64,000 nt of DNA from Grus americana. Lineage: Eukaryota. Below are positions 14,521 to 28,999 of the stretch, one piece after another. Under the pieces are notes generated by a model. That model saw only the letters and a list, made by a program, of their open reading frames with translations, had not been told where the DNA came from and did no database searches. Location of the stretch: positions 200,260,471 to 200,324,470 of the forward strand of contig NC_072852.1 in NCBI RefSeq assembly GCF_028858705.1. Direction: 5' to 3'. A program made the position numbers and the translations under genes. Each line of letters begins with the position of its first letter. Position 1 is the stretch's first letter.

Positions 14521-17500
14521 CCTTTTTAAATAACCACATATACTTAAGCAAGTTGAAAGAGGAAATGTAATAAATCTAAAAAGATGTAAAAACCACAGGG
14601 GTTTATTGTAATTCTTTTTGCAGCTGTTTGCTCTTGGTGTGTTGGGCATTTCAATGTGTTTCCCTTTTTAAAAGTTCCGTTACTGTTCATTATTTGCTGT
14701 AAAAGGATTTATTCTGCAGTGTTATTACTAAGCTTTAAATATTTTTATCTAGTGTAAAATTGCAGGAAAAACCCTGCGTAAACCAGCTATTGCAGTACTG
14801 TAGAATGCAGTCTTCTAACTGCCAGCTGGAAGTGGTCTTTCAGGCTGCTTACAAATGTTTTAAATATTTGTATGCTAATGGCAAATTTGGAATCTTTGTG
14901 TACATATTTAAAATAATTCACTACATGCGTTGCTGCAGATGGGAATAGCCCTTTGCCCTCCTTGCTGCTTGATCCTGTTTCCTGCCTGCTTGTGCCATCC
15001 CTGCATCTCTGTGCCCATGCAGTGAGCAGGGTAAAAGAAACCCAGTGAAAAGTATCAATTGCGCTCATTTTGGTGGGGAAGGAAAGAACAGCAAGGAGTG
15101 GGCAGCAGAGCGAGACTCTTCTACTGTGCGGACCTAGGTTAGTTTGTGCTGTATCCACATGCCACATAGAGAATGTAGTTCTCGTATGTATATGTTCTCA
15201 TTAAGTGAGTGTCGATGACTTTTCAGTACTTGTAAGAAATACGTAGCATAGAACAAATTAAGAAATACATTGAGGGCTTTAGATGTCTGAATAGCACATT
15301 CTTAGTGATAGGTGGCCCAAGAGGGCAAGTATTTCAAGTAATGAAGAAAAAATGTACACTAAAATGTTGAGTCAAATTATATGTGAGCTTGACCTGTCTG
15401 TTCACTTTCTGCAGTTGCCAAGAAGGTTACATGCAAGCCAGTAAAATATGGAAAATAGTGTTCTTCATGATTTCTCCGGGAAAGATGATATACAGAGTTG
15501 CTTTAGAGAAGCAAAGACTATTCACATGTACTTTTTCTTTGAAGAAAATATGTAAACTGCAATTGCAAAGATGGGAAATACTGTCTTTTAAAACATTCTT
15601 CATTCTTTGATACAATAGCACTTCATTGTTCCATATATTGCATTCCACTTTTAAGGGACGGAGCATGTGAAAGGTAAGCTGCAGCTCCAGTTTTAATCAA
15701 CTTCAAATCAAAAGCCTTTTCCAGAAGGCACAGAAGGAAAACTTTAATAATGAAACAGTAGTTTATCTTTAGTTTTGTTCCAGTGTGGAGTATTGTGCTT
15801 CTAGAACTTCCAGCATTGTATCAGTAGCAGTTCCACATGTGACATGTGCAGAACCAGAGCTGTGCCAAGTAATACAAATAAAATTTCTGCCTTGGTGTGT
15901 GAAGAATGCAATTATGACATTTCAAAAACTGAATGTTCAGAGTTTTGAAAGAAAATGTATGAAATAATTGTCATATATTGAATTACTGGTTTAAAAGTGA
16001 AAATTATGTCAACTTAGCAGTTGGCATGGCTATGCTTTTAGAACCATTTTGGTATACGTGCCAGTTTCATTGCCATGTTATGCTTTGTGTAGTTTTTGTA
16101 ATATCACTTAATGCATGTTCAGAATCATTCTTCCATCACAGTTTGTGTACAGTTTTATATTTTATTCACACTGCTGAATGTGAATGTCTGTAGAAGGGGG
16201 GGGAGTACTAGAACATTTGTCTGGTATTATGTAACTTGTTTAGGAGAGTTTTTCATTGCTAAACTTGCTTTCTGTTTTGTGTTCACTCTGCATGTTTTGT
16301 GCAAAATATGCTTTTTCTATTGCATATGGGGAGAAATAGCAAGTCATGAAAATGTGTTTATTAGGAAAGTAAACAAAAGTCCTGGATGCCTCTTACTGCT
16401 TCTAAAATGACAGCTGGCTCTGGAGAATAAAATTACTTGGTATACTTTTCATGCATGATTACATGTAGATTTTTTCCTGCTTACGGCCCACTTCAGAGTT
16501 AATATTAAAGATAAAAAAATTCTGAGTTTAGTTTCCATAGACCATCTGGTTTTAATCACAAGCATGTGTACAAGACAGTAAATTAATCACAAATGACATG
16601 ATGTTTGCTCTGAATAGTACTGTAACTCCCCAAGTTGTATTAAACATAAAAAACATAATTAGTTTGAGTTTCATCATTTTTGAAGTGAAACTTTAACAAT
16701 TGTAGTGGGTGAGAGTAAGCCAGTCCACTGGGGGGCGGGGAAGAGTGCAAGTCTGTGGAAAAATCATGCTCTTGTTTTCAGTTGCATTATGTTACCAGGC
16801 ATGCATTTTTTTTACTCTAAATTGGGACCATTGTGCAAAACTGTTTGTTATAAAGACTTAACAAGAAATATAATTCATCTTAATTTATCCAGGTATAATT
16901 ATTAATTCATTGTTAGCATCTTAAAAATAGAATTGGTTAGATTTGGCACATGTACTTTACTGGAGACGATAGCATGTAGTGTGAATATTAGAAATAGAAT
17001 AATTCAAGTGATGGTCATTACTGAAGACTGATACGTTGGGCCTTTAAGCCTAGTTGCATAAAAGCTGATCTTGAGCATTATTCTTACTACCTTCGAAATG
17101 AATTCTTTCATGTATCTTTTTCTTCTTTCAGTTAACCATAAACCTGAATTTCCCAGGTGACTGATATTTTTGGGAAATAAATACTGATTTTAAAATTCTC
17201 TGCCCAGAACCTTGCTACTACATTTGCATTTCTCCTTTATTGCTGTAGTAGTCAGAGAAGTACTTGCAGGTTTGAAAGTGTTCATCTAGATTTGGGGGGC
17301 AAGGGTAAGGGATTGATTATTGTGTGTTGCTTAATTCTTGAGGTCTCGGGTGGGAAAACTGGTAATGTGGAATCTTCTTCATATTATTGTAAAAAAAAAA
17401 AAAAATTCTGCCCAGTGTCAAGGAAGCTGAATGGTGTATCTTTAAAGAAGATGGGAAAACTATTTTACTAGAGATCTTAAGTATTTATGAAGTATTTGAG

Positions 17501-20500
17501 CTCTAAATCTTTCACTGGTCTGAGATTGAGGACATTGCGACTCAACCCTAACCTGCCATTAGTATTACGGTGAAAACTCTGCAAGCTTCTGTAAAGCTTT
17601 AGAAGTGAAGTGAGGCTGTAGTGTGATGTACTGACTATAGGATTGGGCCAAATCATTCATCTTTGAAGACTGTCACTGGCCTGCTCTGGGTATCCTTATT
17701 TATTCCATTTAGGACTTTGTTCCCTATTCTGTATTCCAGGTTTTATTTTATTGTAAAAGGCTTTAACTATGTGGATAATGTGGAAGATATGAGCTCTATA
17801 AAGCTTTATTTGGGGGTTGTAATACTAAACTTGATGGAAATGGGTTAATAGAAAGAATCAGATGTCAGATGCACAGTAAAACCAGTTCTTTATGTGATTT
17901 GGCAAGTCATTATATACCTCTTCATACATGCTTTGTTAGTATACGAATATCATGTATGTGTTCTTAATCTGTTGTCTTGTTAAAAAGGATTTATGGCTCT
18001 TCCTGGGGCAGGGGAAAGACTTCATTCTGGATTAATTTAATCTTAAAATTTCTCTTTTGTGTAAATCAATACACAATAATTAAGTGCCAATACATGAGAA
18101 CTTAAAATAGATAGGTACCCTTTATTGACTCATAGGCATGTAAAAATATTAATATGGAAAAGTAAAAGTGCTCTTCATGGATTTACAGATGGGGGAAATA
18201 GGAATGTGGAAGAGCATGAAGATGCAGTTTGACCTCATCTTTCAGTTTGTTTCTTCTAAAAGTTTGGAAGCTACCATACCATTAAAAACCTCCAATATGA
18301 CTCTTGATAAACTTGACCTAAAGTCCTTAAATTTTGTTTCAGAGTTCTGCTATAAATGAAACTAGTTCAATGTAAACATGCAAATAAAATACATGCTTTA
18401 ATGGACAAAATAAGTCTGAAAGCCTGTGTTTCATTAAGATGCAGAGAAGAGTAATGTTATTGGGGAGTTGGCTATATTTTCTCATATTTTTAGTTTTTTG
18501 TCTACATAACCTTAAAGGAACAGAGGTGGAACTTTATTAATGACGCACAGGGAGAGGCTGAACATACAAGACAAAATTGTGCTGGAAAAGGACTGAAGTT
18601 CAAATACGTATAATGTACTGATGCTTCCAATAGAGGACTTCTGTCACGAATTTAGAGAGCTCCTGCTTAAAAAACAAACGCTGCCCAAATCTGGTCCTGT
18701 TCTTCTTGCAGGAAAATGTCATCATTGCCTTGGTCGTGACAAAACAAGAATAGAACTATCAAGATTTAAGTTTATGAAGAACATAAGTATCTTGCCACAG
18801 TGATAAATCCGAGTAGTTGAACAGTCAGCACCTGAGGTAGCTTGTCTGCTGTTAGGGTACATGTAGAGCTGCATGACTGCTGTAACCTGCCCAGGACTTC
18901 GAATATGGTAGTGCCTTCAGTTATTTCAGCAGTTGCTTCACCTGCCTCAGTTAATGAAGTTCCTTTATGGCTACAAGGATGCTTTTCAAAGTCTTCATCT
19001 CTTCTGCTTAGCAAATTTCAGCTGCGCAGTAGCAGCTACCCCGGTTGGGGGTTGAGGGTGGTGTAGTCACGGAGCACTTCAATCAGCATTTGCTCTTGCT
19101 GGCTACAGTTGTCTTAGTTGATGCCTTTTCAGTCATTGCAGCATGCTTCCAAATGTTACCTTTCATGAAATACAAATGTGGCATTCTCAGTAAGGTATTG
19201 ATTGAGCAAGCTTGAGTAGAGACTTAAGAAATATTAGATACAAATTTTCAAGAAATACAAACCTGTTACACTTGTACTGTCAATGACACAAATTCCTTTG
19301 ATAATTCAAAGTGTGTTACAGAAAAGGAATCTGTTGGATGATTTTGTAATAAAGATGCAAAGGTCTGGTTCTGCTTCCAGGTGCTGAGGTTCATCTTTAA
19401 ACTATTTGGATATCTGCATTTATTTTAGTTTACATGGTGTAGTGTAAACTAGAATCCCTCAGAATCTATGCATAAATACACCCTGTCAGAGCATACTCAG
19501 CAATTGGATGCTGATGAGATGTGAGATTTTGCAGAGCTGAGAATGAAAGTTGAGTGAAATAGGTTTTTAAGTAAGATGGAAATAAAGTTACGAGAAAGCA
19601 ACAAGGTTGAGCATAACAGAGCAAACTGCGAACTCTTTGAACATGATCCGTAAAAAGTAGTGGAAGAATTTGATCACAGGTAAATGTTCTGTAAACCTTT
19701 CCAAGAAATTGATGCGTCAGTATGCAGAACTTCGGTTTGAAATGTGGACTTCATTGGAGAAGCTGCTGCTTTTGTGGACTTTGTGTTTCAAGACGGCAAA
19801 TGATGTTTGTAGTGTGTTAGAATGGATGTGTTTTCCTTGTGTACACCAAAAGTCACAAACAGGTAACTGAAATAACAAACTTGTATGTTCTAGTTTGTGT
19901 TCATAACCATTTTCTCATTAATGTATTGATATTTACCAATTTGTCATAATTTTGATAACTTATTTTTAAATATGTATCTTTAATGTGAGAATTATAGTAT
20001 GAGGTTGTATCTTGAAATTTGGATGAACCATGATGAAAAATAGTGCCAACAGTCAGTCTCTTCGATGCGCAATATTTTAGTCTCGAATATAATGCCAACT
20101 GACTGCCTTTGTATGTAAGATGGCAACAAAAGGAAGTTCCCTGTTTCTTACCATGTGCTCTTGGTTTAGTCCTGTGTAAACTTGGTTTTATCATTAAGGC
20201 CTTTGTACTTTCTGTTTGCAAGTGAAGAAAGTTGTAGCCAGCTGGGGTGTCTTAAGGGAGGTAGATGGTGGAAGGGTTAATTTTAATAATATCGCTAACA
20301 CACACTGAGATGCCTGATAGTTAAATCTGTTACTCAAAGTTGTAGTTATTCCTAGTACCGTGCTTTTCAGTTGTCTTCATTACATGTTAGCAGGTGCTTA
20401 TGTAGCTCTGTGCATATGAGAGCTGAGACTTAATGCTTTTTTTTCATGTTTGATAATCATTTCACTTTGGGTAGGAACAATAACTTTATCTTGCAGGTAG

Positions 20501-21211
20501 TAACCACTTCTACTAAAACAAGGAAAGTAAAATGGTAATAGAAAGTTGAGATAAATCTGAGTGCAGCATCAGCAATATGCCCAATTGTGCAAATGGAGGA
20601 CAAAAAGCCAAGTTTGAGTCCCAGCTTGCCAAAAAATGAAGCTTGTACAACAGTAGCAAGTAGAGAATCTCTGCTCTTCACTTTTATGCAGTTGAGTTCA
20701 CTGCGTATTCTGCCTCAAAAATTTTCACAGGTTCCTTGGTGGTACGCACAACTTTCAGCCCAGGTCTAAATAGTAATCTGCCTAGCCTGGGCAAGTACAG
20801 GCTTGGTTTGTTGCATGGACTAGTTATGTCATATTGAAACAGATCTGCATCTCTACAAAACACAAGTTTTCATGAGAAACGGTACCTTTATTCAACATTG
20901 CTTTGCTTTTTTTGGAAACAGGTAAGTCTTTATGTCAGTGGAGCAGTATGCGATAAACTGCAGGGTATCCTGCAAATGCTTTATTAAGGCTGTTCTGTTG
21001 TCTTTGTTTTGAAATACAGATTCCATTTCAGGTGTATTTCAAATCTAATGCAAGATTTTCTTTTTTCTACCAAATACGGCTTTATCATGCTGGAAGCTAG
21101 AAGAAGGTGTTCTGTATTTCTCATAAAGTTATCAGAGATAAAGATTGTCACCCAGCAGAGTTAGCATAGGAAGGAAATTACTGAATTGCACTATCAATTA
21201 CCAGATCTTTT

Positions 21212-21462
21212 GACAGGACTAGAGGCAATGGGCACAAACTGAAACACAGGAGGCTCTGAACATCAGGGAACACATTTTTAACGTGAGCAGGACCGAGCGC
21301 TGGCACAGATTGCCGAGGGAGGTGGTGGAGTCTCCATCCTTGGAGATATCCAACGCTGCCTGGACAGCGCTAGGTGGCCCTGCTTGAGCAGGGGGCTGGA
21401 CCTGATGAGCTGCAGAGGTCCCTTCCAGCATTAACCCTTCTGTCATTCTGTCCTCTAAATAA
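21212..21462 (+). mobile_element. CR1 LINE 3' fragment (ORF2 C-terminus plus 3'UTR)
   Basis: The sequence ...ggcaatgggcacaaactgaaacacaggag...gtggagtctccatccttggagatatc...gaggtcccttccag... is the canonical end of CR1 ORF2 (TRGNGHKLKH...SPSLEIFK) followed by its 3'UTR. Confidence 0.85.
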
Positions 21463-23068
21463 AGCTTTGACTTTATTGACTTTATATGAATTGACATTAA
21501 AAACGGACTACATGCTTAGGTGTTTGAATGCTTCCTTACTAGGTTTCATTTCAATGTAGATGTATATATTGCTTAGTATTGTTAAATTTTACATTTTCAA
21601 ATGAGGCACTTCAAAGATGAAAGTTCTTTGAATCTTGAGTTGTTGCTTTTTATAAGGACCATGTGACTGCAGCTTGCCCTGCCCTTTCCCCCAGCACAGA
21701 CTTACAGCTTCAGAGATTTTAGCCCCACAAAGATAATCAATTCTGCTCTCTTTAATTTGGAAGAGGAGGTTAGGACACTGGCCTAACTTGGCACCTGCTG
21801 CAGAAATGACAGGTAAGGAATCCTGCAGGAGGGAATGGGGAGCGTGGTGTGAAGTTGTGTACAGCAGCGCTGCTAACACCTCTGGACTAAAAGTGCTGTG
21901 TATTGGTGAGGTTCACAATTCCTTAGGAATGCTGGGGTTTTAAATTTGGAGAAGATTGGATTATGAACAATCTAGGAAGTTTCCCTTGAAACTAGATCCC
22001 TGTGTACTTTTTGGAAGATCCAAAATATCTTCAAACTAGTGAGGTCATCACATCTCGACTGTATGTGTTTTTGTATAATACAAAGTTTATGCTGATTTTC
22101 TGTAGTCTTAAAACTCCAAAATCTGAGAAACCTCTCTTAGGCTTTGCCTATACACATTTGTGCTACTTTAAAACATTTTTTTAAATTATATTGAAATCAA
22201 ATGAAATTGATATTAATAAAACTGTGTATTTAAATGTCTCTAAAACTTTCTTAGTGGTTCTCTCATCTCTGATTGCATAACTAAACTTGTTTGCACAGTG
22301 CGTAGCGCAAAGATATCCTGACTTCTGTTAAAGTAGTAGAGCAATACTGAGCCTACCGACCTCTGTGCTAGCTGTACTAGTTTTACTATATCTAGTTCAC
22401 AGCAGACTTTTCTAAATTTGTTTCAAACTCCGTATGTAAACAAGCTGTAAGTTTCTGTGATAGTTGAACTCAGAATTTCTAGAACCTGACATAAAACAAG
22501 CTTATGAAATTTTAACTAACTTTCAGTGCTGAGTGATGCAACAGTTTTGGATACTTTTGATCTCTCAGGTCTTGTCTCTGTTGATTGGTGAAGTCACACC
22601 TATATGTCATCGTTTCTAGGTGAAAGAGATGATGAGGGTTAAAGGTTATTCCCTTGCTCCTTCAACAGTTTTGTACTTCTTAGCTGTTCATGATAAGGTA
22701 GGAAGACATCTGAAGACGTTCCTGCTGCATTAGTGACAACACAGGTAGAATGGATAAATACGAAAATCACTGTCTGATTAGCCAGCCGCTCTGGTGCTGC
22801 TGATTCCCCAACGTGACATGGGGATGTTAGGCAACGATAGAGAGGAGGGGGCCGTGTTCAAAAATGCGGGATTGAGTTGCTGTTTCATGTAGGATTATTT
22901 CAATGACTTTGTATGACTACGGCCTCACAAAGTTTTGCAGAAATGTATATATTTATACATAAAATATATTAAAAAATAATTATACTGTGCAATAGAAGCC
23001 TGAGTAATGACTTCATTCCCTTCTGCTGGTCAATCCAAACTTCTTTGAAATTGTAGTGAGTCTTTTTT

Positions 23069-23092
23069 GCCAAAAAAAAAAAAAAAAAAAAA
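23069..23092 (+). repeat. poly(A) tract, 22 nt
   Basis: Uninterrupted A22 directly seen in the sequence. Confidence 0.95.
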
Positions 23093-25604
23093 GGGCCCTC
23101 CTTTTGTATTAAATGCACAGTTTTACATCTGGGAACATAATGACTCGCAAATGGACAATTTTTATTCAATTTACAAAGTACTTAAAAATTTCAGCATCTT
23201 CAAATTCAGACCTTGTGAAAGCTGTACAGGTGAAATCTTTGTCCTTTCCATTTAAATATTTTCAGATGTGCTCATCATTCCCCAGATACTGAAGAAATAG
23301 TTGAACTCCCGTATGAGTAAAGTTTTGCGATCCAGGCAAAACAGAAAAAGAAATGTCCCTTGATGGTAGTAGTGTCACTGGTACGGGTTTATTACCTAGC
23401 TACTAGTAACTGCCACCAGTTTTTCTCTCTTGAAATCTGATTCCAGAAGAGGAATACTGCTACATTCACATTCCTCATTCCGTGTAAGATGCTAATGTTA
23501 TAAATAGAAAATTGTGAAATAGATGTAAAATGTTTTTAATAGTCTTGTCAAGGAAATGAACGTCTTGCTGGCTCAGGTCAAGTTTTGTTTCTAGGGACTT
23601 AATTTTCCTTTTGAGCCTTAATTTGGTAATGTTCACTCTTTCCCTTAAATACTTATTTGCTTCTAGCTGTCCGCAAGTATATGCTCTTACGGAGAGAATT
23701 TGGGGAGCATAAAATTGGGAAAGGTTATGTTGCAGTTTGTCTGCTGTAATCCCTGGCAGCCATGCAGTGATGCCCAGGTGACGATTGATTTACTCTCTGA
23801 CGGTTTTATTGTTGTAAAGGTATGCTTTTGTCCTCAGCAGGGGCCACTTGTGATTAAGGTGAGCAGGTTTGGCCAGACCTGAGTAAAAACTAAGAGAAGA
23901 ATGGGGAGGAAAAGATTGCTTGACCATTTAAAAATGTGTAGCACTGTGTCTTCTCTTAGTATATCAGCAGCCAACATTGTTATCTGTTACCTTTTGATAG
24001 GTAAACCTGAGCAAATGCAAACATGAACACAGCTCTGCGGATCATCTTGGGTTCCCTTTAGAAACCCCAAATAAATGGCCACAAGGGATTGTGTGTTTTC
24101 CTGAGAACAGCCCGACATTGGAGTTCTTCCTTTCTGTGTGATGGATAGTGGCTCTGCTACTCTCAAAATTTTACCTATTCCTGCTGGTGCACAATGTCGC
24201 ACGGTCCACTTCAGTGGAAGGCAAAATTTACCCATGCTGCTGTTCTGTCTTGCTAGGTAATTTTTGAAGCAGACATAAAATAAAGTGGGAAACGGAGGGA
24301 AATGTAGGGGGGGAAGCTCTTTGTTACAGTAGCCACGAAAAATCCTATTAATTTAAAAAACAACCTGTTCTGTCAGTCAAACCTGTGAAGCTGCATAGCA
24401 CCGGTGTGCAAGGTAAATGTACAACGTTCTTCAGTGTTGCAGGTTGTCATGACTGTTTCTGCTTGGCGGGGTGCTGTGACAGCTTGGAGCTTGTCTCTCA
24501 TGGCAGTTCTGTATTGGGGAGGCAGTAGTGAGGAGTGCTCTGTGAAGCTGAACGTGTTCCTTCAGATAGGTTGTGCTGAGGAGCTGGGTTTCAATTTTCC
24601 TTGATAATGGGACGATATAGGCACGTTATCGCTCAGTCTGTGCGCGATGCATCTGTTCTCTTCAGCATAGGCATGTTTATCATGCTGTTAGTCTTTTAGA
24701 GTAATTCAGATTAATTTTGATTGGCACCATACCCACTTTAAGCTTTAATTTAAAGAAAAGCTGTATCGTGTGAATGAAGATGATTCGGAGTCTGTTACTT
24801 TGAAAATAACTATTTGCTGTATTCCTGCTTACTGTTACAAATTCTTTTTTTCAGCATGAACTGTAAGGATATGTTCAGGTCTAACAAAGTAATTACCGTT
24901 AACCGTAAACAGTAGGGTTTACATAGGTTTATGTAGAGAGGTTGGAATGATCTCAGTTTTCTTTTAGAGAGAGAACCCTGAAGAAATAGTGCAGAGGCAG
25001 AGACATACTGTTTAAAAAAACCCAACCCCACACTATATAATCACTTTGTAAGTTACGGTAAATGATTAATTTGTAATGCTACCATACGGTCTTACTGGCT
25101 GGTTTGAGAGATTGCCTTCAAAAACATACCAGATTTATTTGGCTGTGATTTTGTCAGTGAATACTGGTTGCCAAGAATCTGGTTCACTGCTTTCTCTCCG
25201 GTAAATCTGGGTGGCCAGAAGGAGAAGGTAACGGGCTGTTAGGGGAGCTGGAGAGGCTGTGTCAGGCCTTTTGGGGTCTTAGCCTTGCTGCTTGTGGATA
25301 CAGGAAAAAAGGAAGAAAAGCCAAATTGTTACGGTTTTTTTCCATAATGTTAAAATACAGACTGAAAGGTCGGTGGTTTGTAATTGTAGCTTCTCTTTAA
25401 GATGGGTACGTATGTATCAATAGCTGGGTTAGTTTCACCATGTGGAGGTAATGTCCCGGGACACTAGTAGTTGTCCAGATGACAATTCCAGCCTGGTCCC
25501 TGAGGCTGACAGTCATCGCTACAGCCATTATTGTATTTGACCTGCTAAATGATACTAGCACTTGCAACATTAGAGCTCTAGTTATAAAGGGTTAGTGGGC
25601 TGTG

Positions 25605-25838
25605 CTCGGTCATACTTGGATATTAGGAAAAATTTCTTCACCGAAAGGGTTGTCAAGGGTTGGAGCAGGCTGTCCAGGGAAGCAGTGGAGTCACCATCCC
25701 TGGAGGTATTTAAAAGATGCGTAGATGTGGTGCTTAGGGACATGGTTTAGTGGTTGGACTTGGCAGTGCTAGGTTAACGGTTGGACTTGATGATCTTAAA
25801 GGTCCTTTCCAACCAAAATGATTCTATGATTCTGTATG
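25605..25838 (+). mobile_element. CR1 LINE 3' end
   Basis: The sequence ggatattaggaaaaatttcttcaccgaaagggttgtcaagggttggagcaggctgtccagg...ggtcctttccaaccaaaatgattctatgattctg is a near-consensus CR1 terminus. Confidence 0.9.
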
Positions 25839-28277
25839 TGCTTTAGGAAGGAAGCATCCATCTTGCTGAACATCTGTGTTATGGAATAAATAACAGAACT
25901 TTTGAAATTGGATATATAGCAAGCTGCTCCATGAAGGGGAAAAGATGAAGGAAATGGGAGAACTGATGAATTAACAGCACTTCTAATAGGACTCAGATGT
26001 TAAATTGTGCCACTTTTGAAATCATGTTTATTCTGAGCTGCTAGCCTCAAGCCACTTTTCAGCTGTACCTGATGAGGTAAATGTTACCTTTCTTGTAAAT
26101 GTTTGTGGTTGTGTGTTGTAATTTGGACATATGTCAGCTCTGAATTGCTTTTTGGGGCCATTCCTGAAGCAAAGCTAGCCTGAAAGGTGTAACCTGGCTC
26201 TGGCTTTCCAAAGTAATTTTATCTGTAACAAATACTTTGCAGGGTGTGCTAAGTTTTCTGATCATCAAACAGGACCTCAAGATGTTGGTAAATTGTTTTA
26301 AGAAGTCTTTATCTGAGAGCATACAGAGCTTTCATCCCTTGCGCTGCTGTGATTGAGGGCTTTCCAGGCAGTCGTCTTCTCTGCAGAGATTTCTTCAGGG
26401 CCTCTTAGCTCTGCAACGTGTTTCTATGTCTGCTTCCCCAGCCTGAGTAATGGATTATGTTAAACCTATCAAACAGTGCAGTACTTGCATGTTACTTTGA
26501 ATCGGAGGTATTTGTGGAGAAGAGGTGATTTTAATAGGGGGCAGAGGAGGAGCGAGTGTGTACGTATGGGTGAGAGCTGGTTTGAAGCCTGAATGACTGG
26601 GGCAGGGAGCTGCTGAATTTTAAACACTTTGGATAATTATTTTTGCATGTGGACTGTGGAAGAAGACACACAGAGTTCAGGAGGAATACTTTAACACTTT
26701 CAGTTATTATTTGGGCCTTTTGGAATATAATTACAATAATTTTAATTAGGAATTAATAAATGTAATAGGAATAAAATTATACTCTGACTTGCTGTTCTTC
26801 CAACTGCACTCACTGCAAATGCAAGCAGATCTGTTGCAGAAGTTTTAAAATGACAAAAGTCTTAAACTTTTGCATCAACTTCTAATGCTTTTAGTATTAA
26901 TATGTATTTTAATGAGACTTGTGTGCTGTTCCGATCTGAGATGTGGTTATAAAGTGGGACAACATTTTATTCTAGTTCAGTTGTATTAATTTCACATACA
27001 GCTTTGCCCCTTTTAAGTATCTGTTGAATGTCTGTACCAGAGCAGGCTGCGGGACAGGCATGAGACTGTATTTGTGCTTGCACACCCTCAGTACAGCTGC
27101 AGTGAGAGCAGTTCTCGAGTTTCATTAATAACTGTGTTGTGTGCAGGGATCCTAATTCTTGTAGTGGCAATAATACCAGAAGGATGAAACGTCACTTTGG
27201 CCACGTGCATTGGCAGGCCTAGACGGAGGCAGTGTTGTGGTTTGTGTGTTTTAAAAACCCTCCAAAGAGAAATGACTTGGGGCTCTTCTGAGCACTTAAT
27301 CTACTCCAAGCAGAAGTATGAAAAACTAGGAACTTGTTAATGTTCTTGGAACAGCTGGTTTTAACTGTTGAGGTAGTAAAATTAAATTTAAAATCATTAG
27401 AGAAACCTGTGTAGTAACAACTAAGGGGTAAGAATGGGTAGAGAATAAATGGGTTTTTTTTCTGGTAATGTGAAGTTTTATTATAGTTTATTTCTGTATT
27501 ATATGGGTATTTTTATATATACTTATATGGGTATTTGAAATTTTCTAGTTTGAAGTGTCACGGTTATTTACTTTCTCTTTATTTTTTTAGGTTACTATTA
27601 AAATCTTAAAATGCAGATGAAGACTGGCTTGTGCAGAATCCTTCTGCTATCTTTTGCATACAAAAGGGAATCCTAAACCAGGTATTAGTACGAGGTATGT
27701 ATTAGGATATTTGGCTTTATTCAGCAATTATTGAAATTAGGAGCCCTCTTTTTGTTCACGTTTGCAATTTGATGTAGAGTAATTCTGCTTCTGCACTTCA
27801 ACTAATACTCGCTTTCAGATATGTAATTCCTTGCATAATTCCTGTCATACGTTAACATGTTTTTAAAGGACTTGAAGTGTATGTACACAGCCTCATGCAG
27901 ACAGCTCAAAATCTGGCTAGCCAGAATGGGTCTTCCATCCAAAACCACAATGCCACATCATATTGATGTCATGTCTGAGCTACATCTCTGTGGGACTGAC
28001 AGATGTGAAGGTTTTAAAGGAAGGTTTATGCAGTTTAGGTCAGTCGTTCTGAAATTCTCAACTATCGGTTGCTTTTACAAAGTAAAAAATAATTTGAAAC
28101 ACTGATGGGATTTGACTGAGATGTGCAAGTTATACTGCTAAAGCAAAAGGAATTTGGGTTAGTTCTCTGTTTGGTTTTGGCTTAGTAAATGTACTCAGAG
28201 CTGTCTCTATAGTTGTGTTGACAGTAAACAGAGAACTAGCTGTATGAAGAACAAGATATATCGAGCTATTAATGACA

Positions 28278-28356
28278 TGTAAAAGATGTCCCTGCCCGTG
28301 GCAGGGGGATTGGACTAGATGATGTTCAAAGGTCCCTTCCAAGCCAAACCATTCTA
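28278..28356 (+). mobile_element. CR1 3' tail fragment
   Basis: The sequence ggcagggggattggactagatgatgttcaaaggtcccttccaagccaaaccattctatgattctaca is a CR1 3'UTR fragment. Confidence 0.8.
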
Positions 28357-28999
28357 TGATTCTACAGTAGTAGTAGTCTATATGATGTATCGATAATTAG
28401 AGCAGTCCTTTTACTGATTTCCAAGTCAGCTGGTAAATTAAGCCCGAGAAGTAAGCAGTAGAACTTCAGAGTTGCATGGGAAGTATCAACATGATGGGGT
28501 CCTTTGTCATTCTGTAAAAAGTGTGGGAAGGGCAAAGGGAGACAAGTCTTTCTGCAGTAACACATCTCAAACTGTACCGTGAGTTACAACTAATACTAAA
28601 AAATTGCCTATGTGGTCTTTGATTCCCAACACTGAAATAATTCAAAATTTCTACCAAAGACAGGCAGAATCCTATTATGCTCTCCACAGAAGCTCTATCT
28701 CCTTTTTTTTTTTCCTATCTTTTACTCTCTACCTGCTATGCCTTGTTGCATCTTTCACTTAGGTAGCACTGCTTTGGTAAAGGATTTTTCCAAAGAAAAC
28801 ATTTTCTCTGTGCATGCTTCAGATGAAGGGCTGGGGCCCAGCTCCCCTCCGTAGTGTTCAGGTCATCCCAGCAATGTGCTGTATGTCAGACAGTCTGGTA
28901 GTTAACCCTTACTTCTGGACATGACTTCTTCTCTCCTGAGCCCTGCAGTGCTAACTCCCATCTACCTCGGGAGCGGCAATTGGGGCAGGCTTTTCAAAG

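Noticed and set aside
14787-15167. 126-aa ORF (- strand) in the PSPC1-MPHOSPH8 intergenic interval
   Set aside because: It has no recognisable domain, no splice-site support, a low-complexity composition and no codon-usage signal. It is most likely a chance ORF.
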